Shown: in pieces, positions 18,121 through 27,747 of the stretch
Position numbering within the stretch: the first letter of the stretch is position 1
Layout of the letters: each line of letters opens with the position of its first letter
Source of the DNA: an uncultured Thermoplasmatales archaeon
GTDB lineage: Archaea > Thermoplasmatota > E2 > DHVEG-1
Direction of reading: 5' to 3'
Assembly: GCA_964636235.1 (NCBI GenBank)
Contig: CAZWQV010000002.1
Location: 37,607-101,606, forward strand
Length of the DNA stretch: 64,000 nt
Notes under the pieces: model-generated
Seen by the model: the letters and a program-made list of their open reading frames with translations, nothing else
Database searches by the model: none
What the model was told of the DNA's origin: nothing
Translations under genes and position numbers: made by a program

Positions 18121-18888
18121 TTATCTATACATGTTTAAAGGTATTGCTGATGGATTTGGTGCAGTTGGTTTTGATTGTTCCATGAATTGTTTGATTTGTT
18201 TTTCAATTTCTTCTGCACTTTCATATAATGGTTTCGGATCGATCTTAATTCCTGGTAGCATAATATCTAATTTTTCAACAATTGCTGCTGCTGCTCGAGA
18301 ATCAGGATAGTTTTCATGGGCTGCAGCCAATAAACACAATGCATCTTGCTTTTCTAAAGCAGCAGAATAGAGCATTACTCCTGTTACACCAGTAATCATT
18401 CCCTCCTCAAAATACTTGATATCATATTTTTCAAGTGTTTCTTTTAGGCTGTCTTGACTGATAACTCCAAATAATGCTGGCTTGGTATCTTTTTCTGCTT
18501 CTTCCGCGTGAGTTCCTTCAAGGCCAATAACAAAACGACATTTTTTCTTTTTAGCCCATGATAGAATACTATCGACAAGAGGTTTTATTAATTCAAAGGG
18601 GGGTAAAAATTCTGACATGATAACAGCGATTTGATCACAGGCATCATCTGGCCCACAGATCTTTTTTCCGGCATAGATTCTGACAGGGGGTAATGGTTTT
18701 CCATTTTGAATAACAGTTGTGGGCATGAATTTATCAGAGATGATAGCTCCAATCTCCTCTAATTTTAGGGATTGAACGATATGGTGGCCTGCTATTGAAC
18801 TGATCAATCCAACAGTTGGAAATGCAACAAGGAGTAATGAATTGGCAAGATCGATTTCATTATGTTCTATAATAGTTATTTTTTCCAT
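18121..18888 (-). CDS. PAC2 family protein (archaeal proteasome assembly chaperone homolog, COG1938)
   Basis: 255 aa. The motif VAFPTVGLISSIAGHHI and overall pattern match archaeal PAC2/PbaA-PbaB-like proteins. Confidence 0.55.
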   Translation of the reverse strand: MEKITIIEHNEIDLANSLLLVAFPTVGLISSIAGHHIVQSLKLEEIGAIISDKFMPTTVIQNGKPLPPVRIYAGKKICGPDDACDQIAVIMSEFLPPFELIKPLVDSILSWAKKKKCRFVIGLEGTHAEEAEKDTKPALFGVISQDSLKETLEKYDIKYFEEGMITGVTGVMLYSAALEKQDALCLLAAAHENYPDSRAAAAIVEKLDIMLPGIKIDPKPLYESAEEIEKQIKQFMEQSKPTAPNPSAIPLNMYR

Positions 18889-18977
18889 AATATCATGGAT
18901 GTGAATTGAAAAAGGGCAATTAAATGTAACGATTAATAAATTGACACGGGATTAGAATAACCTTTAAAATAATTAAA

Positions 18978-19388
18978 TTGCTTACCATTTTGGAGGTGTT
19001 ATATATTTCAGATCTTGTAACAGTCAGTGATGCAAGTTGGAATGAGATTGTTATTGAATCAAAAAAACCAGTTTTTGTGATGTTTTATAGCCCCACCTGT
19101 CCTCATTGCCAAAATATTAAGCCGTTTGTTGAAAAATATGCAGAAGAATTTGAAAAAGAGGTACTTTTTGCACAATTAAATGTTGCAGAAAATCAGATCA
19201 TTGCTTCAAATTATAGTGTGATGGGCACGCCTACTTTTTTATTCTTTTGTAAAGGAAAACCTGTTAATAGTATTGTTGGAGCAGTCTATCCTGCCTTATT
19301 GAAAAAAACAATTGAGGATGGCATTCAATTTGGTGAAGATTGCAGATCAAAGACAACCTGGATTGATCCAAATACAGGTTATGCATAA
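18978..19388 (+). CDS. trx: thioredoxin
   Basis: Active site YSPTCPHCQ, thioredoxin fold and length. TTG start as given by the track; the true start may lie a few codons downstream (GTG). Confidence 0.8.
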   Translation: MLTILEVLYISDLVTVSDASWNEIVIESKKPVFVMFYSPTCPHCQNIKPFVEKYAEEFEKEVLFAQLNVAENQIIASNYSVMGTPTFLFFCKGKPVNSIVGAVYPALLKKTIEDGIQFGEDCRSKTTWIDPNTGYA

Positions 19389-19505
19389 ATTAGTTTGAAA
19401 AACTAAATGAAATTAATCATACTTCATTCATATTTAACTAGTTTTTTAGTAAGTTATAAATTATAATAAACCGATGGACTATACGAAAATCAGAGGTTTT
19501 TAACA

Positions 19506-19946
19506 ATGCCTAAACAACAAAGTATTTTATCATTAATGATTAAGGATCATGAAGATATTGAGCTATTAATTAAGAAATTGGATGAAAGTATTGATAAAGA
19601 TTACGAAACAATGAAAAATGCATTTGAAATGTTTGAATGGAAACTGGAAAAGCACCTCTTCGTTGAAGAGAAAGCGATTTATACTTTTTATGAACCAACT
19701 GATATTGTGAATGGATATGAAATGTTACCTATTATTATGAAGCAACATAACTATATTCTTAACACACTTTCCATAATGAGGCGACAAGTACAGAATGGGA
19801 AAAAACCGGAAGATCATCTGCAATTGAAATCATTTCTTCATAAACATAAAAATTATGAAGAACGTGAAGTATATCCTAAATTGGATGAATCATTAAATGC
19901 ATCACAGAAAAAACAAGTAATTGATAGGATAAACGAATTCACATAA
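19506..19946 (+). CDS. hemerythrin-like (HHE cation-binding domain) protein
   Basis: Helical 146-aa protein with spaced H...E/H motifs (IKDHEDIE, LEKHLFVEE, HKHKNYEEREVYPKLDE). Confidence 0.45.
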   Translation: MPKQQSILSLMIKDHEDIELLIKKLDESIDKDYETMKNAFEMFEWKLEKHLFVEEKAIYTFYEPTDIVNGYEMLPIIMKQHNYILNTLSIMRRQVQNGKKPEDHLQLKSFLHKHKNYEEREVYPKLDESLNASQKKQVIDRINEFT

Positions 19947-19962
19947 TATTCTCAAACTATTA

Positions 19963-20244
19963 TTACTCTAATAGTTCCTTTATTTCTTGTTCTTTAAAAC
20001 CTGTAATACATGTTTTATTGCGAAAGACAATAGTTGGGAAAGAGACTCGAGGATTCCATTTTTCGATTTCATCCATTACTTCTTCTTTTTTCTCTCCATC
20101 TAGTTGATCAACGTAGATATAATCATAGGCAACGTTCATTGAATCAAGAAGTTTTTTTGTTTTACGACACCATATACACGTACTTAATGCAAATAGCCGA
20201 ATTGAGCCCTTATCGTTTCCGTCAATATGTTCCATTTCAATCAT
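19963..20244 (-). CDS. glutaredoxin-like / thioredoxin-fold small protein
   Basis: 93 aa with CxxC motif (STCIWC) in glutaredoxin-like context. Overlaps the nitroreductase gene by 8 nt, indicating an operon. Confidence 0.55.
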   Translation of the reverse strand: MIEMEHIDGNDKGSIRLFALSTCIWCRKTKKLLDSMNVAYDYIYVDQLDGEKKEEVMDEIEKWNPRVSFPTIVFRNKTCITGFKEQEIKELLE

Positions 20245-20809
20245 TGTTTTCCTCCAATTTAAACATATTATGATAGATAAAGCTCTTTAATGGTTTTCGG
20301 CTGGGCCTTTTTGTTTCCCTCTTCTTTTGTTTTTCACTTAAAATTGGATTAATTTTATCTGTATGTTTTCCAACAATGATCAATGTGATCACATTAAACT
20401 GATCAGGAATTTTCAGAATTTCGCGTACTTTTTTTGGGCTGTATCCTGCTATTGGATGAGCAACCAGTCCTAATTCAGTTGCTTGTAATATGATAAATCC
20501 AACAGCAATGCCTGTATCAAAAAGATAATACTCCCTATCATAAATTACACAGTCGTCATCTTTTTTTGCACAAGTAGCAATGATCAATGATGCATCATAG
20601 GCCCATTTGTTCCCTTTGGATAAAGCCTCATGCATCTCCGTTAATTTTTTCTTGTTTGAAACGAATATAAAATGCCAGGGTTGATTATTAAAACATGAAG
20701 GAGCTAACTGTGCTGCATGAGTGAGTTTATCTATGATTTCATCAGTAATTTTTACCGGTATAAGTGATCGATATGCTCTTCTTTTTTTTATTATTTGATC
20801 AACATTCAT
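20237..20809 (-). CDS. nitroreductase family protein
   Basis: Typical N-terminus R..RS......I.DE.I..L..AA.LAPS..N.QPWHFI.V. Confidence 0.75.
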   Translation of the reverse strand: MNVDQIIKKRRAYRSLIPVKITDEIIDKLTHAAQLAPSCFNNQPWHFIFVSNKKKLTEMHEALSKGNKWAYDASLIIATCAKKDDDCVIYDREYYLFDTGIAVGFIILQATELGLVAHPIAGYSPKKVREILKIPDQFNVITLIIVGKHTDKINPILSEKQKKRETKRPSRKPLKSFIYHNMFKLEENND

Positions 20810-20862
20810 AATGACACACCCAATTCATTATAGTATTAAGCATAAATATTTTTAGATATAAG

Positions 20863-21693
20863 TTATTTATAATCATTTCTTCTATACACATTAGTTTTAT
20901 ATCTAAATTTATCAATTTGTAGTAAATCCATTACCTTTATTGGTTGGTTTTTCACAAGATTTCTACATGCTCTATACGCAATCCAATATGAATGCTTATT
21001 GCCCGATTCAGCTAGCTTTTGAACGATTTGAAAAATTAATTCAGGATTTTTCTTTGCCAAATCACTGAGGTTATTTCCAACTGATGTTCTTGGATAGGCA
21101 TTTGATTCTTGAAACATATTCTGAAGAATAGAAAGGGAGTAAGAAGGATTTTTATGAATCCATTTATTCTCAGAAACAGGTCTTAATGTTTCACTTGTAA
21201 ATCTTCTTATATACGGATCTTTAGATGTTGAAAAATCGTTTAAATATTCTTTCATTTCATGAGGATAAGCTTTAATTAATTTCTTAAAAAATGAGGCAGC
21301 ATTTTCCCTTGTTTCCCAGTTCTTTTCAGAAGCAAATTGTATGAAAAGAGGAATAATTCTTGATAATTGCTTTTTATCATTAAATCCGTAATGTGAAACA
21401 ATACCAAGACTTACACTTCTTACTCGATAATCAGTTGTACTTTCCAATGAATTAATAACAAAATCATATATTGGTACCTCTTCGTTTTTTAACAAATCGT
21501 AAAGGTGTTTTGCTAACATTTTAATGGTATAATATCTACCATATGAAATTCTTTTTTCATTAGGAATGTTTTTATATAAATCATCTAAAACATCACTCAA
21601 TACCGATGTAAAATCCGTGTAGTTTTGCACCTTTTTTAATTGATGTAATGATTCTAGAATTGTTGTTCTAATTTCTTTGTTGAAAAGATCCAT
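20863..21693 (-). CDS. HEAT-like repeat protein, possibly second DNA alkylation repair (AlkD-like) paralog
   Basis: 276 aa all-helical with a repeat pattern. Weak resemblance to the 11436..12140 family. Confidence 0.3.
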   Translation of the reverse strand: MDLFNKEIRTTILESLHQLKKVQNYTDFTSVLSDVLDDLYKNIPNEKRISYGRYYTIKMLAKHLYDLLKNEEVPIYDFVINSLESTTDYRVRSVSLGIVSHYGFNDKKQLSRIIPLFIQFASEKNWETRENAASFFKKLIKAYPHEMKEYLNDFSTSKDPYIRRFTSETLRPVSENKWIHKNPSYSLSILQNMFQESNAYPRTSVGNNLSDLAKKNPELIFQIVQKLAESGNKHSYWIAYRACRNLVKNQPIKVMDLLQIDKFRYKTNVYRRNDYK

Positions 21694-21891
21694 TTTTTGC
21701 CCAGCTTAATTCTATATTAAAATTAAGAAATTTATTTTTTTTTGATCATGTAAAATTCCAATTATCCATTTGATATGTTCTTTCATTTTGATTGCCGCCC
21801 TCAAATTTTTATAATAAAACGATAGTAAAAATTATAATACTTATAGATTTTATTATTTTTTATTAGATAAGTGAAATTATTGTGATAAATA

Positions 21892-22428
21892 ATGTTACAA
21901 TGTGATGAACATGATAAAATATTTGTTGGCGATACGATTCTAGCTGAATTTTGGAATTGTAGGGATTGCGGAATCTGTTGCAGGTCTTTTGAAGAATTAC
22001 CCATGTATATAGATGAAGCAAAACAAATGGCTACAAATCTCGGAATCTCCTTTAAAACATTCAAAGAAACTTATACTAATAAAGATCATAAGAAAAAGGA
22101 TGAAATCTCATTGAAAAGTCCATGTCCATTTTTAAAACATAATTCATGTAGTATCTATTCCATTAGAGGATTTATATGTAAAACATTTCCACTTTGTATT
22201 AATTTGAGCACGAATCAAGCAGTATTATCCGGCATTTATTTCTGCCCACAAGCAACACAATTCTATGAAGGATTACTCGATTTTTTATATAAAAATTATC
22301 TAACAATCTACTATAAATTACTTCAAAAAGAAAAAGAATTGCTCGTTGATGAATTGGGAATGAAACTACAAGGAACCGCTGATATTTTTACTGCATATCT
22401 TGATTGGATATATGATAATAATAAATAG
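21892..22428 (+). CDS. YkgJ-family (UPF0153) cysteine-cluster zinc/iron-chelating domain protein
   Basis: CxxCGxCC motif (CRDCGICCRS) near the N-terminus and a downstream CPFL...C motif. Confidence 0.5.
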   Translation: MLQCDEHDKIFVGDTILAEFWNCRDCGICCRSFEELPMYIDEAKQMATNLGISFKTFKETYTNKDHKKKDEISLKSPCPFLKHNSCSIYSIRGFICKTFPLCINLSTNQAVLSGIYFCPQATQFYEGLLDFLYKNYLTIYYKLLQKEKELLVDELGMKLQGTADIFTAYLDWIYDNNK

Positions 22429-22430
22429 AT

Positions 22431-23464
22431 ATGGTGAAAATGGAACAATTCGCAAATGATTTACAAAAACAATTTCATTTTGATGCTATTAATGGATTAT
22501 TAGCAATGAAAAACGAGGCGATTACCTATTTTGTTCAAAGAAATTTTTTATGCAAACGAGTTGAACCCATTCAATCAATATGGCAATTAAAAGAAGTCAA
22601 AACGCTCTTACAAAAACAGCAAGATGACGGGTCATGGAACAATCCTGGAAAAAAGATACATCAATATCCATCACATCATTATCCTCTTTTAGAAACATGG
22701 AAACGATTTCGTATACTAGTAAATCAATATCAATTTAATAAACAACAGATCCCTATTAAAAAAGCAGCAGAATTTTTATTTTCTTGTCAAACTGATACAG
22801 GGGACTTCCGAGGAATGATTGGAGATCAATATGTGACCTATTATACCGGTGCTTTTTTGGCCGCACTAATCCGTTCAGGATACAGCGCTGATGATAGAAT
22901 AGAAAAGGGTTTTAAATGGCTCTTATCCATGCGTCAAAATGATGGAGGATGGACAATTCCGATCCTTACCACTCATTTGATAGAAAAACCAGTTATTATT
23001 TAACTTCATCACCATGTGATCCTGTTGAACCTGATAAAAACAAACCTTTTTCTCATAATTGGACAGATATGGTATTACGAGCATTCGCTGCCCATCCAAA
23101 ATATAGAAAATCAAAAGAAGCATTCACAGCTGCTCTTCTTTTAAAATCACGATTTTTCAAAAAAGATGTATATCATTCTTATGAATCCAAACATAACTGG
23201 ACTCGATTTGCTTTCTGGTGGCCAAATATTTTAACTTCCCTGGAATCGCTTGCTTTGATGGGTTTTTCAAAAAATGATCCTGATATCAAGAGAGGTCTCC
23301 AGTGGTTTATTGATAATCAACAACAAGATGGTCTTTGGCTTGTTAATTATTGGCCCGGAAAAAAACAGCAGGATTCAAGGAAAATTACAATTCAAAAAGG
23401 GTGGATAAGCCTGCGAGTTTGTAATTTATTTAAAATTTTTAATAATAACAATGATGTAATATAA
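22431..23464 (+). pseudogene. Prenyltransferase/terpene-cyclase-like alpha-alpha toroid repeat protein, split by a frameshift near 22975
   Basis: Two overlapping ORFs (22431..23003 frame 0; 22949..23464 frame 2) both carry QxxDGxW repeats (QQDDGSWNN, RQNDGGWT, QQQDGLWL). The frame switch coincides with an A5 homopolymer in ttgatagaaaaacc. Confidence 0.5.
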
Positions 23465-24367
23465 TTGGGTAATTTAATAATTAATCATTTAGAAAAACTT
23501 TTAATGAAGAAGAGTTTATCGGAAAAAAATAATGGGGAGATGATTATGGCTTTTGAAATAGCTGGAATTAGTTTAGAAGACAAATTACCCTTAATTGGTG
23601 TAAGTTTATGGAATATTATCTTAGCAATATGTACACTAATTATTGGTTTTATCGTTGTAAGAATTATATCAAGCTCTGTCCGAAAATGGATGTTGCGTGG
23701 AAATATTGATAAAATTTTAGCAGATTTTTCAGTAAGAATCATTCGAATAATTTTGTATATCTTTGTACTTGGAATTGCACTTGCATTTTTTGGAATAGAA
23801 ATTGGTGCAGCTCTTGTAAGTGTATCTGTAGTTCTTGGTTTCGTTCTTGGATTTGCTATGGGTGAAACACTCAGCAATATTGCATCTGGATTTATGATTG
23901 CCATCACTAAACCCTTTAAAGCAGGAGATTATGTTGACGTAAACGGGGAGAGTGGAACAATTAAAAATGTTGGTATAAGTGTCACAGAATTAGACACTGT
24001 GGATAATAAACATATCATCATTCCAAATAAATCTGTATGGGGCAGCAATATTATCAATTATACCCGAAATTCAATCCGGCGTGTAGACATGGAAATGGGG
24101 GTTGGATATAATGATGATCTTGACAAGGTAATTAAAGTCACTATGGATTTATTAAAAAACGATGGGCATGTGCTTTCAGATCCTACCCCACAAGTTGCGG
24201 TAAAAGAATTTGCCGATTCAGCTGTTGTTCTGGTCATTCGTCCATGGGTTAAAACAAATGATTATTGGAATTTTTTCTTTGATTTTAATAAAGCTCTCAA
24301 ACAAAAATATGATCAGGAAGGAATAAACATCCCATATCCACAGATGGATGTTCATTTGGATAAATAA
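23465..24367 (+). CDS. mechanosensitive ion channel, MscS family
   Basis: Three N-terminal TM helices followed by the MscS beta-domain signature (GDYVDVNGESGTIKNVGISVTELDTVDNKHIIIPNKSVW). Confidence 0.8.
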   Translation: MGNLIINHLEKLLMKKSLSEKNNGEMIMAFEIAGISLEDKLPLIGVSLWNIILAICTLIIGFIVVRIISSSVRKWMLRGNIDKILADFSVRIIRIILYIFVLGIALAFFGIEIGAALVSVSVVLGFVLGFAMGETLSNIASGFMIAITKPFKAGDYVDVNGESGTIKNVGISVTELDTVDNKHIIIPNKSVWGSNIINYTRNSIRRVDMEMGVGYNDDLDKVIKVTMDLLKNDGHVLSDPTPQVAVKEFADSAVVLVIRPWVKTNDYWNFFFDFNKALKQKYDQEGINIPYPQMDVHLDK

Positions 24368-24435
24368 CATCTCATCCTTTTTTTTCTTTTTTATTTTGGA
24401 AATATTGTAATATCAATGAAGCATAACTGACATCG

Positions 24436-25293
24436 ATGAACATTAATGAAATTAATGATCCATATGGTTTTTATGATCTTCTTCTTACTAAGTTTAATAA
24501 TTTTCCTGAAAAAAGTGCCTTTATTCAAGGTCTAGCCTCTTCATTATGTAATGATCCAAGTCAATATAAGCAGGAGCCATTATTGGCATTTCTAGAAGAA
24601 AATGGCAAAATTAAAATCGCTATCTTCATGACTGCCCCATGGCCAATAGTTCTTTATTCTGAAAAAAATGTCTCTGAAACCGAAATAGAGTTTATTTGTG
24701 ATTTTTTAATTGAAAAAAAATTAAAAATACCTGCAATAAATGCACCCGTTACTTTATCAGAATTATTTTCTGAAATATGGTGTAAAAAAAATCACTGTTC
24801 AAAAGAAAAAAATATAGAGATGATTCTTTATTGTCTTGAAGAAATAAAATTAATTGAATCGACTACAGGTTTTTTACAAATAGCAGATAGCTCAATGAAA
24901 AATATTTTAATTGAATGGTCAGAAAAATTCAATCAAGATTTACGTCTTCATATGGAAAAATCATATATTGAGCATCATGTTGATTTTGTCATTAAAAATA
25001 AACATGCATTTGTTTGGATGGATAATAACGTTCCAGTTAGTATGACATTTTATGAAAGACCATTTGATCAAGGGGTATTTATTGGTTATGTCTATACGCC
25101 ACCTCAGTATAGAAGAAAAGGATATGCTACGAATTGTGTTTATCAGGTAAGTAAAAATTGTCTGGAAAAAAAATATTCTTTTTGTTCATTATTTACTGAT
25201 AAAAAAAATCCAACCACAAATGACATTTATCAGCGAATTGGGTATCAGCCTATTACAGAATATATTAATTATAATTTTTTATATGACAAATAA
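24436..25293 (+). CDS. hypothetical protein with C-terminal GNAT-like acetyltransferase domain
   Basis: The C-terminal ~90 aa (FIGYVYTPPQYRRKGYATNCVYQV...IYQRIGY) resemble the GNAT core. The N-terminal part was not recognised. Confidence 0.35.
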   Translation: MNINEINDPYGFYDLLLTKFNNFPEKSAFIQGLASSLCNDPSQYKQEPLLAFLEENGKIKIAIFMTAPWPIVLYSEKNVSETEIEFICDFLIEKKLKIPAINAPVTLSELFSEIWCKKNHCSKEKNIEMILYCLEEIKLIESTTGFLQIADSSMKNILIEWSEKFNQDLRLHMEKSYIEHHVDFVIKNKHAFVWMDNNVPVSMTFYERPFDQGVFIGYVYTPPQYRRKGYATNCVYQVSKNCLEKKYSFCSLFTDKKNPTTNDIYQRIGYQPITEYINYNFLYDK

Positions 25294-25360
25294 TTTTTAT
25301 AAAATTCAATGAAATAGAAATTTTATTAGGTATTATTTTTTACCTACATCCATGTCAACA

Positions 25361-26182
25361 ATGAAAAAAACAATCTTTATAACTGGGTCTTCTTCAGGAA
25401 TTGGAAAAGAAACTGCACTTTATTTTGCCAAGCAAAATTGGCAAGTTATTGCATCTATGGGACATCCTGAAAAACGTAACACTGGCTAGGAGCAATTTAA
25501 AAATATTGATACTGTTCATCTTGATGTAACTGATGGTAAATCGATTGAAAAAGCAATAAACCATGCAATAAAAACAAATGGATCGATTGATGTATTGGTC
25601 AATAATGCTGGCTATGCGCTTTTTGGTGCTTTTGAAGCTTCAACAAGCCAATCAGTTAAAAATCAATATGAAACAAATGTTTTAGGTTTGATGGATGTAA
25701 CAAGAGAAATTATTCCATTTTTTAGAAAACAAAAGCAGGGCGTTATTATCAATGTTTCTTCGGTTGCTGGAAAAATGACCTTTCCTTTTTACAGTATTTA
25801 TAATAGCACAAAATGGGCAGTTGAAGGGTTTTCAGAAGCATTACAATTTGAACTTAAAGATTTGAATATAAAAGTAAAAATTATTGAACCGGGAATAATA
25901 AAAACAGACTTTTATGGCCGTTCAAAAGATGTTGTAAATAAAAGAGGTTTGCATGTTTATGATGACAATTTAAATAAATTAATCTCTTATGAAGAAAATA
26001 ATATCAAAAAAGAGCATTACTCTTTTCCTATTGTCGTCGCCGAAGAAATTTATAATGCTGCTACTGACAACTCATGGAAATTGCGTTATCCGGTTGGTAA
26101 ATATTCAGGTTTAATACTTTGGCTGAGAAGATTACTTCCTGAGAGAACATTTTTAGGATTGATGAGAAGGATGACATTATGA
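25361..26182 (+). pseudogene. Short-chain dehydrogenase/reductase (SDR) interrupted by an in-frame TAG at 25487-25489
   Basis: ATG at 25361 gives TGSSSGIGKET (Rossmann motif) ...RNTG*EQF..., continuing in the same frame into NNAG and the YxxxK region (YNSTKWAVEG). Total 274 codons, typical SDR length. Confidence 0.6.
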
Positions 26183-26207
26183 TATACATCTATTCAAAAA
26201 AATTCAA

Positions 26208-27329
26208 ATGTTCAAAAGTATATACAATCCTATGAATATTTGTGATATTGATATTTTTGATTGGTTAGTTCATAATCATAAAAAAGCTCAGTACATCATG
26301 GCATTCAGTAACTCTTTTGATTTTTCTTATGATGAGTATCAAAAAATAACTAATTTTAATTTGCCTTCAGATGTCCTTTTGAATTATAATAATTCGACTT
26401 ATGCTGAACATTTAAAGCAAGTCTTCGCTGATTATTATAAATGTAAAAATGAAAATGTTGTATTGACTTGCGGTGGTACTGAATCAAATTTTCTTGTTTT
26501 TCAATCATTGTTGTCAAAAGATGATGAAGTAATAGTGGAACAACCTGGATATGGTCCATTATGGTTGACACCAAAAATGTTAGGAGCACGTATTAGTTTT
26601 TTTACACGTTCTTTTGAACAGCAATTCAAATTAGATGCATCCGTTTTTGAAAATCTGTTAACAAAGAAAACAAAACTAGTGGTATTGACCAATCTGCACA
26701 ACCCCAGTGGTATCTATGTAAAAAAAGAAGAAATGAAAGAAATAGCTGATATCGCTCAGGACCATGGAGTATTTATTTTAATAGATGAAATTTTTTTAGA
26801 TGGATGTTTTCACACGTTTGAAAGTTCATATGGATTACCAAATGTTATTGTCACATCAAGTGTAACAAAAATATACGGGCTGGGTGGATTGCGATTTGGA
26901 TGGATTGTTGCACCGAAGAATATAGCTTTGAAATGTAATAAATTAAAATCTCATACCAACTCTTTGATATCAGAAGTCTCTTTATTAATGGTTTTACAAG
27001 GTTTTATGAAAGGAAAAGAAGCATTAAGAAACAGATTTATTACTTCCGCAAAAACAAATATGGCTATCGTTGATAAGTGGATACAACAAAACAATCATCT
27101 TGTTGAATATGTAAAACCATCTGGAGGAATTATCTGTTTTCCAAAATATAAAAGTTCTATTTCTTCACGAGATCTTTGTCAACAATTACTTAATGAGTAT
27201 AACGTATTAGTTAATCCAGGTCAATTATTTAATTATGAAGGTCATTTTCGATTAAGCTGTAATATTGATGAAGACCTCTTAAAAGAGGGTCTTACTATCC
27301 TAAGAGATGGATTAGAAGTGCTACTATGA
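26208..27329 (+). CDS. PLP-dependent aminotransferase, class I/II
   Basis: Fold-type I pattern with the SVTKIYGLGGLRFGW lysine region. 373 aa. Confidence 0.7.
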   Translation: MFKSIYNPMNICDIDIFDWLVHNHKKAQYIMAFSNSFDFSYDEYQKITNFNLPSDVLLNYNNSTYAEHLKQVFADYYKCKNENVVLTCGGTESNFLVFQSLLSKDDEVIVEQPGYGPLWLTPKMLGARISFFTRSFEQQFKLDASVFENLLTKKTKLVVLTNLHNPSGIYVKKEEMKEIADIAQDHGVFILIDEIFLDGCFHTFESSYGLPNVIVTSSVTKIYGLGGLRFGWIVAPKNIALKCNKLKSHTNSLISEVSLLMVLQGFMKGKEALRNRFITSAKTNMAIVDKWIQQNNHLVEYVKPSGGIICFPKYKSSISSRDLCQQLLNEYNVLVNPGQLFNYEGHFRLSCNIDEDLLKEGLTILRDGLEVLL

Positions 27330-27747
27330 TTTTATTATTATAATATCATGCAAATGATGCTAATTAATATGCCTTAAAAAATTAGCGAATCTGTAATAAT
27401 TTCAGATCATATTAATAGGGCATAGATATGATGAATAGGAAATTAGATTTATTTAATAAGAATCGATTATTTTTATTTAGTTGATGGATTTTTATATCTA
27501 ACTATTTTTTAATATTTTCATTTATTAATACTTAAAGTAAATAGTAAAAAATAAGTATAAATTAGGATTAATTGTTGAAGGAACAATAAGGAACAGTTTG
27601 ATAATATTTTTTTCGATACAAATATAAATGATTTCGATATTTTGAACCGTAGTAAATAGTTTGGAATGGGATGATGAATAAAAGCACATGAAAAAAGTAA
27701 TCTTTTTTCATTATTATTTCGCAATAAATTGGAAATAAAAACAATAA

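Noticed and set aside
25487-25489. TAG as pyrrolysine (genetic-code expansion) rather than stop
   Set aside because: TAG is used as an ordinary terminator by several well-conserved genes in the window (stops at 16265-16267, 22426-22428, 35956-35958). No pyl genes were seen in the window.
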